Shown here: positions 18,927 through 27,098 of the stretch, one piece after another
Layout of the letters: every line of letters starts with the position of its first letter
How positions within the stretch are numbered: position 1 is the stretch's first letter
Origin: a virus
Length of the DNA: 64,000 nucleotides
Direction: 5' to 3' (one strand)
IMG/VR virus record: IMGVR_UViG_3300045988_122191
Coordinates: 44,922 to 108,921 of that record
The notes under the pieces: model-generated
Databases searched by the model: none
Told to the model about the DNA's origin: nothing
Seen by the model: only the letters and a program-made list of their open reading frames with translations
Position numbers and translations under genes: made by a program

Positions 18927-18986
18927 GTCAGCACTCCTTTCTACTTACGGGCAAAACATATTTGTGCATATGTAATTAGTATACAC

Positions 18987-19175
18987 CTAGATGTCAATAC
19001 CGTATTTTGCGCACCGGTGTAAGTATTCGTCAAACCTCTCCTTGTGAACGTAAAGTCTATTTCCTACTCTAAGGGTAAAACCGCCCTCGTTTTCTTTTAG
19101 TAGTTTTCTTGTTTTTGTTTGTCCCCATCCCGTGTACTCACACACTTCTTTTAATGACAATAAAGCTTTTTCCAT
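18987..19175 (-). CDS. xis: excisionase-family HTH DNA-binding protein
   Basis: 62 aa; LSLKEVCEYTGWGQTKTRKLLKE...RVGNRLYVHKERFDEYL matches the HTH_17/Xis pattern. Immediately upstream of int. Confidence 0.6.
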   Translation of the reverse strand: MEKALLSLKEVCEYTGWGQTKTRKLLKENEGGFTLRVGNRLYVHKERFDEYLHRCAKYGIDI

Positions 19176-19227
19176 GTCCTCTCCTTATTAGGGCTGCCCG
19201 ATGGGCAGCCCTAAATTCATACGTTAG

Positions 19228-19968
19228 TTACTTTCTTGTATACTTACTTTTGACCTCTTCATACTTACCGCAGCTCATGCTGCCCTCCGGACACTTGCCC
19301 TCAGCTACACAACTAGGCCCAGCCTTTGCAAACAAGTTCGGTGCTACAGGGTAAACAAGCTCCAACATCTTATCGGCCAGTTCTCTGATCTCCCACTGGG
19401 CACGATTGCAACATCTGAGTTCGAATAAATGCATCAGAGATCTTGCATTCATAGTCACGATCATTTTTGTCGTCGCTGCATTCGGCAAGACAAATCGTGC
19501 ATCCTCATTCGCAGCTTTATCCGCTGCAGACTTTTTCATTCCTGCTTCAACATACTTCTTGGACAGCCTATCCTGGAGAACTTCGTACACTCTATTTTCC
19601 ATCGTCATCGTCTCGGAGAATAGGACGTTCAGTTCCTCGTCCTCCTTTACGGCTGGCGGAGTAACGAAATCAAACCCATTCATGTTGACATACCGCTGAC
19701 TCTGTACCGAGTAAGAAGCAATCCGGTGACGAGTCAACTGTGCGAGTAGTGCGCGAGACACTCCTTCAATACCAAATGTAAAAGATACGTGCTCGATAGG
19801 CGATTGATGCCCCATGTTCGAGAGATGCTGAATGAATTTGGACACAGATTCGTCCGTCAATCCGTTCATCAAAGTCTCAATACTATCTGCATTTGAGTAA
19901 CACAGCTTAGCCGCTGCAGCGACAACCTTCTCCGGTTCTGGTGTATGTGTAATCAGAGTAACCTTCAT
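19228..19968 (-). CDS. thyX: flavin-dependent thymidylate synthase ThyX
   Basis: ThyX signature RHRIASYSVQSQRY (RHRxxSxxxxSxR) and N-terminal ITHTP...AAKLCY. Confidence 0.85.
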   Translation of the reverse strand: MKVTLITHTPEPEKVVAAAAKLCYSNADSIETLMNGLTDESVSKFIQHLSNMGHQSPIEHVSFTFGIEGVSRALLAQLTRHRIASYSVQSQRYVNMNGFDFVTPPAVKEDEELNVLFSETMTMENRVYEVLQDRLSKKYVEAGMKKSAADKAANEDARFVLPNAATTKMIVTMNARSLMHLFELRCCNRAQWEIRELADKMLELVYPVAPNLFAKAGPSCVAEGKCPEGSMSCGKYEEVKSKYTRK

Positions 19969-19977
19969 TTATAAACC

Positions 19978-20880
19978 TCACTTATCCATTCCAATCATGA
20001 TGTTTCCGTCCTTCGATGTGACGACGCCAGGCATCTTGCCATCCCATTTTTCAATATACCGACTCTTAATAACGTTATCAGTCAAAGATTTTTCCAGCAT
20101 TTTGTTTGCCTTGGACTCAGCTTCGGCATTCTTAATCTTTACCTTCGCTTCCGCCTCTGCTTTAGCGATATTTTTCTTATTGAGGATCTCTTGCTCCTCT
20201 GCTTCAAGCTGTGCTTTCTGCTTTTTAGCAATGGCTCTGTTGTAACTATCCTCAAAATCAGCACCGTTGATAACAACTTTGTTAATCACAACAACGTTCT
20301 TATTATATTTTTCGTCCAACGCTTCTTGCAGGTGCTTCATAGCGAGTGGTTCAATCTTTGTTCTTGACGTCGCGTCGGTGTCTTGCAGCTCTTTGCTCGC
20401 AGATTTGACCGCAGAAGACACAATCCCAGTAGAAACTAGCGCATCTTTATAGTCTGAGACATTGGCGTAGATCCAAGAGGACTTGTCCGGGTTAATTTGA
20501 TAGGTCACAGTCACATTTTCGTAGTACACAGCAGTTCTATTTGCAGTCTCAGACCAAATCTTATCTTCAAAAGTGACGTCTTGTTGCTTGTTGTTTACCG
20601 CTTCGATTTTCTGAACGAACGGAACTTTCCAATTGAATCCGGTTTGGACAGTTTTCTCTGAAATCTGACCGAATGTGCTGCGCACGCCGGTATATCCGGT
20701 GGGAATAATAGTGAACGTCTGTAAACCCAACATAATAACAATTCCAGCTACAATAAAAATGTTGCAAGTCTTTGTAATTCTTGCTCCGGCCTCGTGCTTC
20801 ATGTCCCCGCATCGACAAACGATTGATACAACAATACCTGCCAGCACAAAGATGGCAGCAATAAAACGCAAAAACCCCAT
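19978..20880 (-). CDS. SPFH/band-7 (prohibitin/HflC-like) membrane protein
   Basis: N-terminal TM helices followed by an SPFH core (TGYTGVRSTFGQI...FNWKVPFVQKIE) and a C-terminal Ala/Glu/Lys coiled coil. Confidence 0.7.
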   Translation of the reverse strand: MGFLRFIAAIFVLAGIVVSIVCRCGDMKHEAGARITKTCNIFIVAGIVIMLGLQTFTIIPTGYTGVRSTFGQISEKTVQTGFNWKVPFVQKIEAVNNKQQDVTFEDKIWSETANRTAVYYENVTVTYQINPDKSSWIYANVSDYKDALVSTGIVSSAVKSASKELQDTDATSRTKIEPLAMKHLQEALDEKYNKNVVVINKVVINGADFEDSYNRAIAKKQKAQLEAEEQEILNKKNIAKAEAEAKVKIKNAEAESKANKMLEKSLTDNVIKSRYIEKWDGKMPGVVTSKDGNIMIGMDK

Positions 20881-20890
20881 ATAGCCCTCC

Positions 20891-21496
20891 TTATTTATCT
20901 ACTTCGTCCAGGTGACTCGCCATCATGTCCGCCATATGCAGCATAAAACCGAGCGGATACTTCTCCCACGCCTTATTAAGGGATTTGTCTCCGCCTTTCA
21001 CGGCGTTATCAAACTCACCCATATGCCATCTAATAGCGATTGCCTCTTCCGGCTTCAGCTTCATATAGTTCTGGATGATAAAGGTGGTTTTCTCGCCGTG
21101 ACCAATCGGGAATCTTTCGTCAATTACATAGGTTGGAACCGTTTCCCATCTACCAGTGTCCGGATTCTTTACGTTCCGTGTGCCAGGCTGGTAAAAATGA
21201 ATCTTGCACAGGTCGTGCAGGAGCGCCGCAATAGCAACTGTCTCGTTAATTTCTTCGTCCGGTACTCCGGCGGGGAAGCAGCGTTCCTTGTCTGCCTGAT
21301 TATCAAGCAGCTGGACCAATCTATCGTATACATTCAGACTATGGATACACAGACCTCCCTCGCAGGACAGGTGAAACCGGGTGCTGGCCGGTGCTGTAAA
21401 GAAATCAGATCGTTCCAGGTACGACAGGAGCTGGTCGCTCCCGTCGCGGTGGACGTTGTTTTTAAACACCTCAATAAATCTTTCCTTGTAGCCCAT
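20891..21496 (-). CDS. HD-domain phosphohydrolase (possible 5'-deoxynucleotidase)
   Basis: H...HD...H...D metal-binding pattern (FHLSCEG...LHDLCK...HGEKT...D) in a ~200-aa YfbR-sized protein. Confidence 0.55.
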   Translation of the reverse strand: MGYKERFIEVFKNNVHRDGSDQLLSYLERSDFFTAPASTRFHLSCEGGLCIHSLNVYDRLVQLLDNQADKERCFPAGVPDEEINETVAIAALLHDLCKIHFYQPGTRNVKNPDTGRWETVPTYVIDERFPIGHGEKTTFIIQNYMKLKPEEAIAIRWHMGEFDNAVKGGDKSLNKAWEKYPLGFMLHMADMMASHLDEVDK

Positions 21497-21504
21497 ATTC
21501 CTCC

Positions 21505-22146
21505 TTATTCTTCGTTGATGTTGTTGTTCTCGAACATAGCTTTGCAGTTTCTTTTCATATTTTCCGCAAGCATGTTAACCATGAACTCCCAGTTATCACG
21601 TGCCTGCTTCTTCTCCAGCTCACGAACTCTCTGCTTGGCCGCACGTTTTCTCTTTTCTTTTTCCTTAGCCTTCTCTTTTTCAATCTTGAAGGCGTCCTTC
21701 TTTTTGAGGGCCTCTCTCAGCATATTGTTGTACAGATTTGTACCGGATTTATTACCAAACTCTTCAAACATCAGCCGAAGCATTCTTTTCATGATGCAGA
21801 TCGTTACACCAGTTTCGATGGAGAACGTATCGCCTTCGCGGCAGATAGCTTTCTCCTGCGTTCCGTCAGTAAACGTGACGATGGTAACTTTGTCGTTCAC
21901 AGTTGATACGTCTGCAACCTCTGGGTCAACACCATGAGGAGTCTGATCCTTGGTTGCCCCGCGCCAGTCTGCGACAGGACACGCACAGCCAAGACCTTCC
22001 TTATCGTTATAGTTGATAGACTTTGCCTCCTTACTGGGCACACTCAGCGTGTCATTAAACCTAAGCTCAATATCACCAAGGAAGGGAACGTTATCACCAA
22101 GGAAGGGAACGTTAATTTCGTAAGTATTGCTACATTTACAACCCAT
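21505..22146 (-). CDS. hypothetical protein with N-terminal 7-aa tandem repeat and basic coiled-coil C-terminus
   Basis: 213 aa. A 21-bp tandem duplication at 22080-22125 encodes NVPFLGD x2. C-terminus is KEKEKRKRAAKQRVRELEKK. Confidence 0.4.
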   Translation of the reverse strand: MGCKCSNTYEINVPFLGDNVPFLGDIELRFNDTLSVPSKEAKSINYNDKEGLGCACPVADWRGATKDQTPHGVDPEVADVSTVNDKVTIVTFTDGTQEKAICREGDTFSIETGVTICIMKRMLRLMFEEFGNKSGTNLYNNMLREALKKKDAFKIEKEKAKEKEKRKRAAKQRVRELEKKQARDNWEFMVNMLAENMKRNCKAMFENNNINEE

Positions 22147-22159
22147 TTAATTACCTCTT

Positions 22160-22195
22160 TCTGTTTTATTATGTTTATATTTGTGGTATCATGAA
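22160..22195 (+). promoter_or_regulatory. candidate sigma-A-like promoter for the embedded + strand gene
   Basis: Extended -10-like TGgTATCAT preceded by a T-rich -35-like region, ~25 nt upstream of the ATG at 22224. Confidence 0.25.
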
Positions 22196-22223
22196 ATCAT
22201 ACTTTCATGAAAGGAATGAGAAT

Positions 22224-22439
22224 ATGGCAAGAGCCAGAAAAACCCTGGAACAGCAGCTTATTGACATCGACGAGAAAATTGCTTTTTACGAAAACAAGAT
22301 CGCAGAGCTTAAAACGAAGCGAGAAGAGCTTCTTGCTCCGTCTCCCGCAGAAATTATCGCCATGGCCAAGGGCAAAGGCATGACCATCACCGAGATCATG
22401 GATGTGCTTGGAGTTAACCCTAACGAAACTGCTGAATAA
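22224..22439 (+). CDS. small coiled-coil protein, hypothetical (only + strand gene inside the - strand block)
   Basis: ATG after AAGGAATGAG. 71 aa with a coiled-coil N-terminus and a short helical C-terminal segment (EIIAMAKGKGMTITEIMDVLG). Convergent with flanking genes. Confidence 0.4.
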   Translation: MARARKTLEQQLIDIDEKIAFYENKIAELKTKREELLAPSPAEIIAMAKGKGMTITEIMDVLGVNPNETAE

Positions 22440-22464
22440 CTTTTAACGCGTCGCTTGTCGGTGC

Positions 22465-23637
22465 TTATTTTTTATCTAGGCTACAGATAATCTCATCAAT
22501 CTTAATCGCACACCCCACAAAGTCCAGCGGGCCAAACCCTTTGGTCGTCATAGCTGCACAGCCGATTCTAATTCCACTAGTCTCTGTCGGAGATCTCTTA
22601 TCACCCGGCACACAGTTCTTATTTACTGCAATACCTTTCTCCTCCAAGGCGTCCTGGACCATTTTCCCAGTAACATTAGGATGGGTATTGGTCAGGTCAA
22701 TCATGAACAGATGATTGTCTGTTCCGCCGGATACAATCTCGTAGCCCATCTTTTTGAACTGCTCGCACATAGTGTATGTATTCAGAACCACCTTGGAGAT
22801 ATACTCCTTGTACTCTTCCGTGCAAGCCTCTTCTGCCGCCACTGCTTTGCCTGCAATAGCGTGCATTAGAGGGCCGCCCTGGTTTCTGGGGAACACCGCG
22901 CTATTGATTTTCTTTGCCAACTCTTCTGTACGAGAGAAGACCATGCCGCCCCTGGTAGAACGAAGGGTCTTATGCGTGGTGGTGGTGATTACATCTGCGA
23001 GGCCAAATGGAGATACGTGCTCGCCACCGACAATCAGCCCGGCGATATGTGCCATATCTACCATAAAGATAGGGTGGTAATCAGGATCAACAGACATTTC
23101 GATATCAATGATTTTTTTAATCAAGCCAAACTTAATTTCTCTTGAATAAGAACTCGCACCAGCTAAAATTAGCTTGGGTTTGTGAGTTCTTATTTTTTTA
23201 CTGAGATCGTAGTAATCAATAATCCCATCTTCATCTAAACCATAGAAAACCGGATTGTAAAGCTTACCAGAAATGCTGGCTGGCGAAAAGTGTGATAGGT
23301 GCCCACCACAGTCCAACGACATGCTCAAAACCGTATCACCTGGATTGAGCAGCGCGTAGTAAACCGCTTCGTTTGCCTGTGTGCCGGAGTGGGGTTGGAC
23401 ATTTACGAAGTAGTCTGTGTTGAAGGCTTCCTGCCATTTCTTTTGGCAGTAAAGCTCAAGCTCGTCTACCACTTCACAGCCGCCATAATACCGGTAACCA
23501 GGATACCCCTCGGCGTACTTGTTGGTAAGGCAAGAACCAACTGCTTTCATCACATCTTCTGAACAAAAGTTCTCTGACGCAATTAGATTGATCTGGCGTT
23601 CTTGTCTTTGCTGTTCTTCCGCAATAAAATCAAACAC
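22465..23637 (-). CDS. glyA: serine hydroxymethyltransferase
   Basis: SHMT motifs LIASENF, VQPHSG and TTTTHKTLRSTRGG (PLP lysine region) are present. 390 aa, slightly shorter than bacterial GlyA. Confidence 0.85.
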   Translation of the reverse strand: MFDFIAEEQQRQERQINLIASENFCSEDVMKAVGSCLTNKYAEGYPGYRYYGGCEVVDELELYCQKKWQEAFNTDYFVNVQPHSGTQANEAVYYALLNPGDTVLSMSLDCGGHLSHFSPASISGKLYNPVFYGLDEDGIIDYYDLSKKIRTHKPKLILAGASSYSREIKFGLIKKIIDIEMSVDPDYHPIFMVDMAHIAGLIVGGEHVSPFGLADVITTTTHKTLRSTRGGMVFSRTEELAKKINSAVFPRNQGGPLMHAIAGKAVAAEEACTEEYKEYISKVVLNTYTMCEQFKKMGYEIVSGGTDNHLFMIDLTNTHPNVTGKMVQDALEEKGIAVNKNCVPGDKRSPTETSGIRIGCAAMTTKGFGPLDFVGCAIKIDEIICSLDKK

Positions 23638-23685
23638 TCTTTTCGTTACTATACACCTCGCGTTTCGTTCGTCATATGTACGTTG

Positions 23686-24236
23686 TTAATTGACCCATCG
23701 CACAATCGGGTCGCCCTGGAATCCTTTCTCCCAGACAAACCATGCGTATGCGACGGCGTTATTCTTTCGATCAAACACACCGTTCTTGCCACAGCACACA
23801 CGCGATGAGAACACGTATATTGTTTTAGGCGGATACTTTTGAAACAGTTGCTTACGAGCCTTTCCTTCCAAGAAAGTGAGCTTCAAAAACATTGCAACCT
23901 TGTGCCCGTCTCCCACACACTCTAAAGACTTCTCAACAAATTCCCGTGCGTACTTATAGGGGGGTTGGTGATAATGTCGATGTCATCTGCCTCTGTAAAG
24001 TCCTCGTTTAAAAAATCAACAGGGGCTTTAAATCCAAAACCTCTATACACCAGGTCTGTACTTAGTACATCGTACCCTCTCTCAAGCAGGACTTTCGATA
24101 TATGGCCTTCACCACAAGCTGGTTCCCATACATCCTTAGAGAAGGTTTCGTGATCGAGCAAGATCTCCACGGCTCTTGGTTCTGTGGCGTAGTAATCGTT
24201 AGTCGCTGCGTCATCTTTTCTGTTGTTGCCAGACAA
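23686..24236 (-). pseudogene. phage Dam-family N6-adenine DNA methyltransferase, split by a frameshift at a G6/C6 homopolymer
   Basis: The upstream ORF (23922-24236) has DYYATEP and motif I WEPACGEGHI and ends ...DIDIITNPP then stops. Adding one C to the C6 run (plus-strand G6 at 23959-23964) restores NPPYKYAREF... and fuses in frame to the downstream ORF (23686-23916; ...AYAWFVWEKG). Confidence 0.6.
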
Positions 24237-24264
24237 GATGAACTGCTGTGTCCCAACCCAATCT

Positions 24265-24666
24265 TTATTCTTTATCGCTCAACAGCTCCTTTGCAAGATC
24301 TACAAACGGCTGGATGTCGTCTGCGAGAGTCCCAGGCCACCAAGGGCCATCTGCCTCGTTTGGTAGTTCTACGGCCTTGCAGACCGCCATTGCTTGATCA
24401 TACGTCATTCTGTTGCCGACCTCATCTTGAATCGCATAGCATACATCTCTAACACAGCGCGCATACCGCGCTTCTCGGTCTAGAATATCCGCGACGTACT
24501 TGGCCTCCAATTCCTCGTTTCTTTTCGCAAGCTGCTCTCTGTTCCACTTGACAGACTTGTTTTCGTCGATAATCATGTGGTCAACGTATCTATCACGCCT
24601 TGGTTTACTCCGTTGAATGCGGAATCCTTCGTCCTCAAGCGCTTTCCATGCTTCTTTGTAAACCAT
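24265..24666 (-). CDS. hypothetical protein
   Basis: 133-aa ORF; no recognisable motif. Confidence 0.4.
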   Translation of the reverse strand: MVYKEAWKALEDEGFRIQRSKPRRDRYVDHMIIDENKSVKWNREQLAKRNEELEAKYVADILDREARYARCVRDVCYAIQDEVGNRMTYDQAMAVCKAVELPNEADGPWWPGTLADDIQPFVDLAKELLSDKE

Positions 24667-24713
24667 AAATCATCCTCTCTGACCGCCGCCCGTGCGGGCG
24701 GCGGTTCTATAAA

Positions 24714-25052
24714 TCATTTATCTGTTTTGTCGTAAATCGTCTTTACGACAGTCCCAATGCGAACACTTTTAACGACCTTGTAAGGTTGTCCAGTCATTTG
24801 ATATCCAAGAAGATCCCACGTCCAAGGGATGCACCAAAGGTTATTACCAGCCTTAATGATGGTCTGCATCTCTTTAGCTGATCGGCCTTCTCCCCTTTCC
24901 ACCACATCAAATTCTTCGTACTTGCCAGGCTCTGTGTGACATCTATCATCATAACCAAGTGCTAGGTAGGAGAGTTCTTCTTCGTTAAGAGGAATGCCAT
25001 GCAGCATTTTCTCAATGATTGTCACTACCAAATCGCCTCCTCTCTTATTCAA
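24714..25052 (-). CDS. hypothetical protein (paralogue of 55850-56164)
   Basis: Shares ...G(N/D)(N/D)LW(C/A)IPW...QPY(K/R)VVK..R... with the ORF at 55850-56164. Confidence 0.45.
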   Translation of the reverse strand: MNKRGGDLVVTIIEKMLHGIPLNEEELSYLALGYDDRCHTEPGKYEEFDVVERGEGRSAKEMQTIIKAGNNLWCIPWTWDLLGYQMTGQPYKVVKSVRIGTVVKTIYDKTDK

Positions 25053-26007
25053 TCTTCACGCCGATCGACTCCAGGACTTCCTTCATCCCAAGTCCGCCTT
25101 CGTCCCAGGGCTTCATGCAATACTCCCACAGCTTCGGGTGAGTTTGCTTTAGCCGCTGGAACCGGTTCGGTTCTTTTTCCAGATGCGCCCCGAACGCGCA
25201 GAAGACGCAGCCCGTGCGAGCGCAACCAGTAGTATGTAACTTGCCCTTATCATCTTCCACAATCTCGCCATAGACCGAGGCGTAGGGGACGTTAAACCGC
25301 TTGAGATAAAGCAGCACGTCTTGCTCTGTCCAAAAGCTCATTGGTTGGGACTGTGGGTGTTTAACCTCAAAAGCGTTGCAGCCATTTACCAGCCAAGCCT
25401 GGCGACGCATAACACCTTCTTCCGCCATGGTGGCAATGATAGGGTGCTTCTTACTCGCCGTGTGGTATCGGTGTGCCGTGCTCTTCTTCATGACGTTGCA
25501 GCACTGCTTGCTCACTTTGATATGGTCGTTTTCGGGGTTGTTCACCCAGTCAACCCACCGGCGGGATAGGTTTAACCTAGCCCGCCGGTATAACGGGTGG
25601 CTCGAATCCATATAGCGTTGTGTGTAAGCGCAGCCCTTCCGGGAGTCTTCGATTAGCTGCGCGGTGTGCTTTGACCCCAACGGATACCCGTACTTCTCGA
25701 TCACCTGGCGGAAATTTATCTTCGGTTTCAGCCAAGTGACATTGTTAAACGTCTTGACAAACTCCCTAATCTCCGGGTACTCCAAGCCAGTGTCGATAAA
25801 CACTGCCTCGATGTCAGGGTAGATTCTACGGGCCATATCCAGCAGCACGGTAGAATCCTTGCCGCCAGAGAATGACACGTACACCTTGCCGTCATAGTGT
25901 TGATACCATTCGATGATGCGGGTCTGCGTGACCCGGATTTTGCGTTCTAACGGCCATGCCTGCATTTCCTTTAGGTCTTCTGGGGTGTATTTCTTTTCTT
26001 TTTCCAT
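25045..26007 (-). CDS. PAPS-reductase-like PP-loop ATP pyrophosphatase family protein (DndC-like)
   Basis: PP-loop motif VSFSGGKDSTVLL and a C-terminal Cys cluster (TTGCARTGCVFCAFG). 320 aa. Confidence 0.6.
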   Translation of the reverse strand: MEKEKKYTPEDLKEMQAWPLERKIRVTQTRIIEWYQHYDGKVYVSFSGGKDSTVLLDMARRIYPDIEAVFIDTGLEYPEIREFVKTFNNVTWLKPKINFRQVIEKYGYPLGSKHTAQLIEDSRKGCAYTQRYMDSSHPLYRRARLNLSRRWVDWVNNPENDHIKVSKQCCNVMKKSTAHRYHTASKKHPIIATMAEEGVMRRQAWLVNGCNAFEVKHPQSQPMSFWTEQDVLLYLKRFNVPYASVYGEIVEDDKGKLHTTGCARTGCVFCAFGAHLEKEPNRFQRLKQTHPKLWEYCMKPWDEGGLGMKEVLESIGVKIE

Positions 26008-26579
26008 CGGCTACCTTCTTTGCTTGTACTTCCGAACCCGCCGGTTCTTTCTTCGACACCGTACAGCTCCGCGTTTTTGTTGTCATACTCAGGAAGAGTG
26101 GAATACGGGACAATAATTCCCTGCATAAAGCCATCGTTAAAATGAAAAGTAACTGGTTCGTGGTGGTCGTGATTAAACAGCTTAGCCATGATATGTCCTT
26201 CGCTCCCAGTATCGGGGTTGTAGTAGTCACTATCAATAACGCCAACCGTGTTCGCAAGGCTTACACCGTACTTAAAACCACTGCCGCTTCTAGGGACAAT
26301 CAGGAGCACAGCCGATTCCGGCATGACAATTCTCACACCAGTGGGGATCGTGGCCGAACCGCCTGGTTGAATCGTCACGTCAAACGGGATGAAGAAATCG
26401 TACCCGGCGGAACCAGGTGTTGCCCTTGCTGGCAATCTAAATTCATCATAGGAACCCTGAATTCTTCGATTGAAGGCTGCGTCATCCTCGCAAAGACTTT
26501 GCATCTCTGGAATCTTTGCGCAGTCTGTTCTGAAGGTCTCGAAGGGAACCTTTTCAAAATAGCCTTTACATCCGATCAA
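25971..26579 (-). CDS. dut: dUTP diphosphatase (trimeric dUTPase)
   Basis: dUTPase motifs ATPGSAGYDF, PRSG, GVIDSDY and RTGGFGSTS. C-terminus overlaps the downstream start by ~37 nt. Confidence 0.8.
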   Translation of the reverse strand: MIGCKGYFEKVPFETFRTDCAKIPEMQSLCEDDAAFNRRIQGSYDEFRLPARATPGSAGYDFFIPFDVTIQPGGSATIPTGVRIVMPESAVLLIVPRSGSGFKYGVSLANTVGVIDSDYYNPDTGSEGHIMAKLFNHDHHEPVTFHFNDGFMQGIIVPYSTLPEYDNKNAELYGVEERTGGFGSTSKEGSRWKKKRNTPQKT

Positions 26580-26594
26580 TTCGTACCTCTCTTT

Positions 26595-27098
26595 CTAATC
26601 TGTAATCCATTTGACCCATACGCCATCTTGTTTTTTCCAAACAATCTGGTTACTGCTGCCTCGGAACTGAAGGGTGACATCTCGCTTGTCGATCTCAAAC
26701 TTCCCGTCTACTAAATACGTGCATCTATCTAATAGCTGAGACATATCTTTGTCTTGCTGCACCTGTCCCATTAGCAGCCCTGTGTAGCACCAGAGGTTAT
26801 CATTAGGGATATGGATCTTATCAATAATGGAAACCAGTTCCCCGGCGGAGAACATAGGGTCTCCGCCGGACAGAACCAGTGCGTTTAAAAACGGTCTTTT
26901 ATCAATCTCAAAATTGATTCTATCAATTACATCTTGTGTGATTTCAAGCCCATAATTAAAGTCATGGGTCTGTGGCGACTGACAGCCTGGGCAGTTATTT
27001 CGACACCCCGAAATAAACAGCACACAAGCTACACCCTCTGCATCACAGAAGGATTCCCAGTCATAGCCTGCGAGCTTAACCAAATAGCTCACCTGCAT
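26595..27098 (-). CDS. nrdG: anaerobic ribonucleotide reductase activating protein (radical SAM)
   Basis: CX3CX2C as GCRNNCPGC near the N-terminus. 167 aa. Immediately downstream of nrdD with a 23-nt overlap. Confidence 0.8.
   Translation of the reverse strand: MQVSYLVKLAGYDWESFCDAEGVACVLFISGCRNNCPGCQSPQTHDFNYGLEITQDVIDRINFEIDKRPFLNALVLSGGDPMFSAGELVSIIDKIHIPNDNLWCYTGLLMGQVQQDKDMSQLLDRCTYLVDGKFEIDKRDVTLQFRGSSNQIVWKKQDGVWVKWITD

Noticed and set aside
25956-26714. 252-aa + strand ORF overlapping dut and the start of nrdG
   Set aside because: It is antisense to two well-supported - strand genes (dUTPase motifs, NrdG CX3CX2C). It has no RBS and no motifs, so it is a spurious frame.
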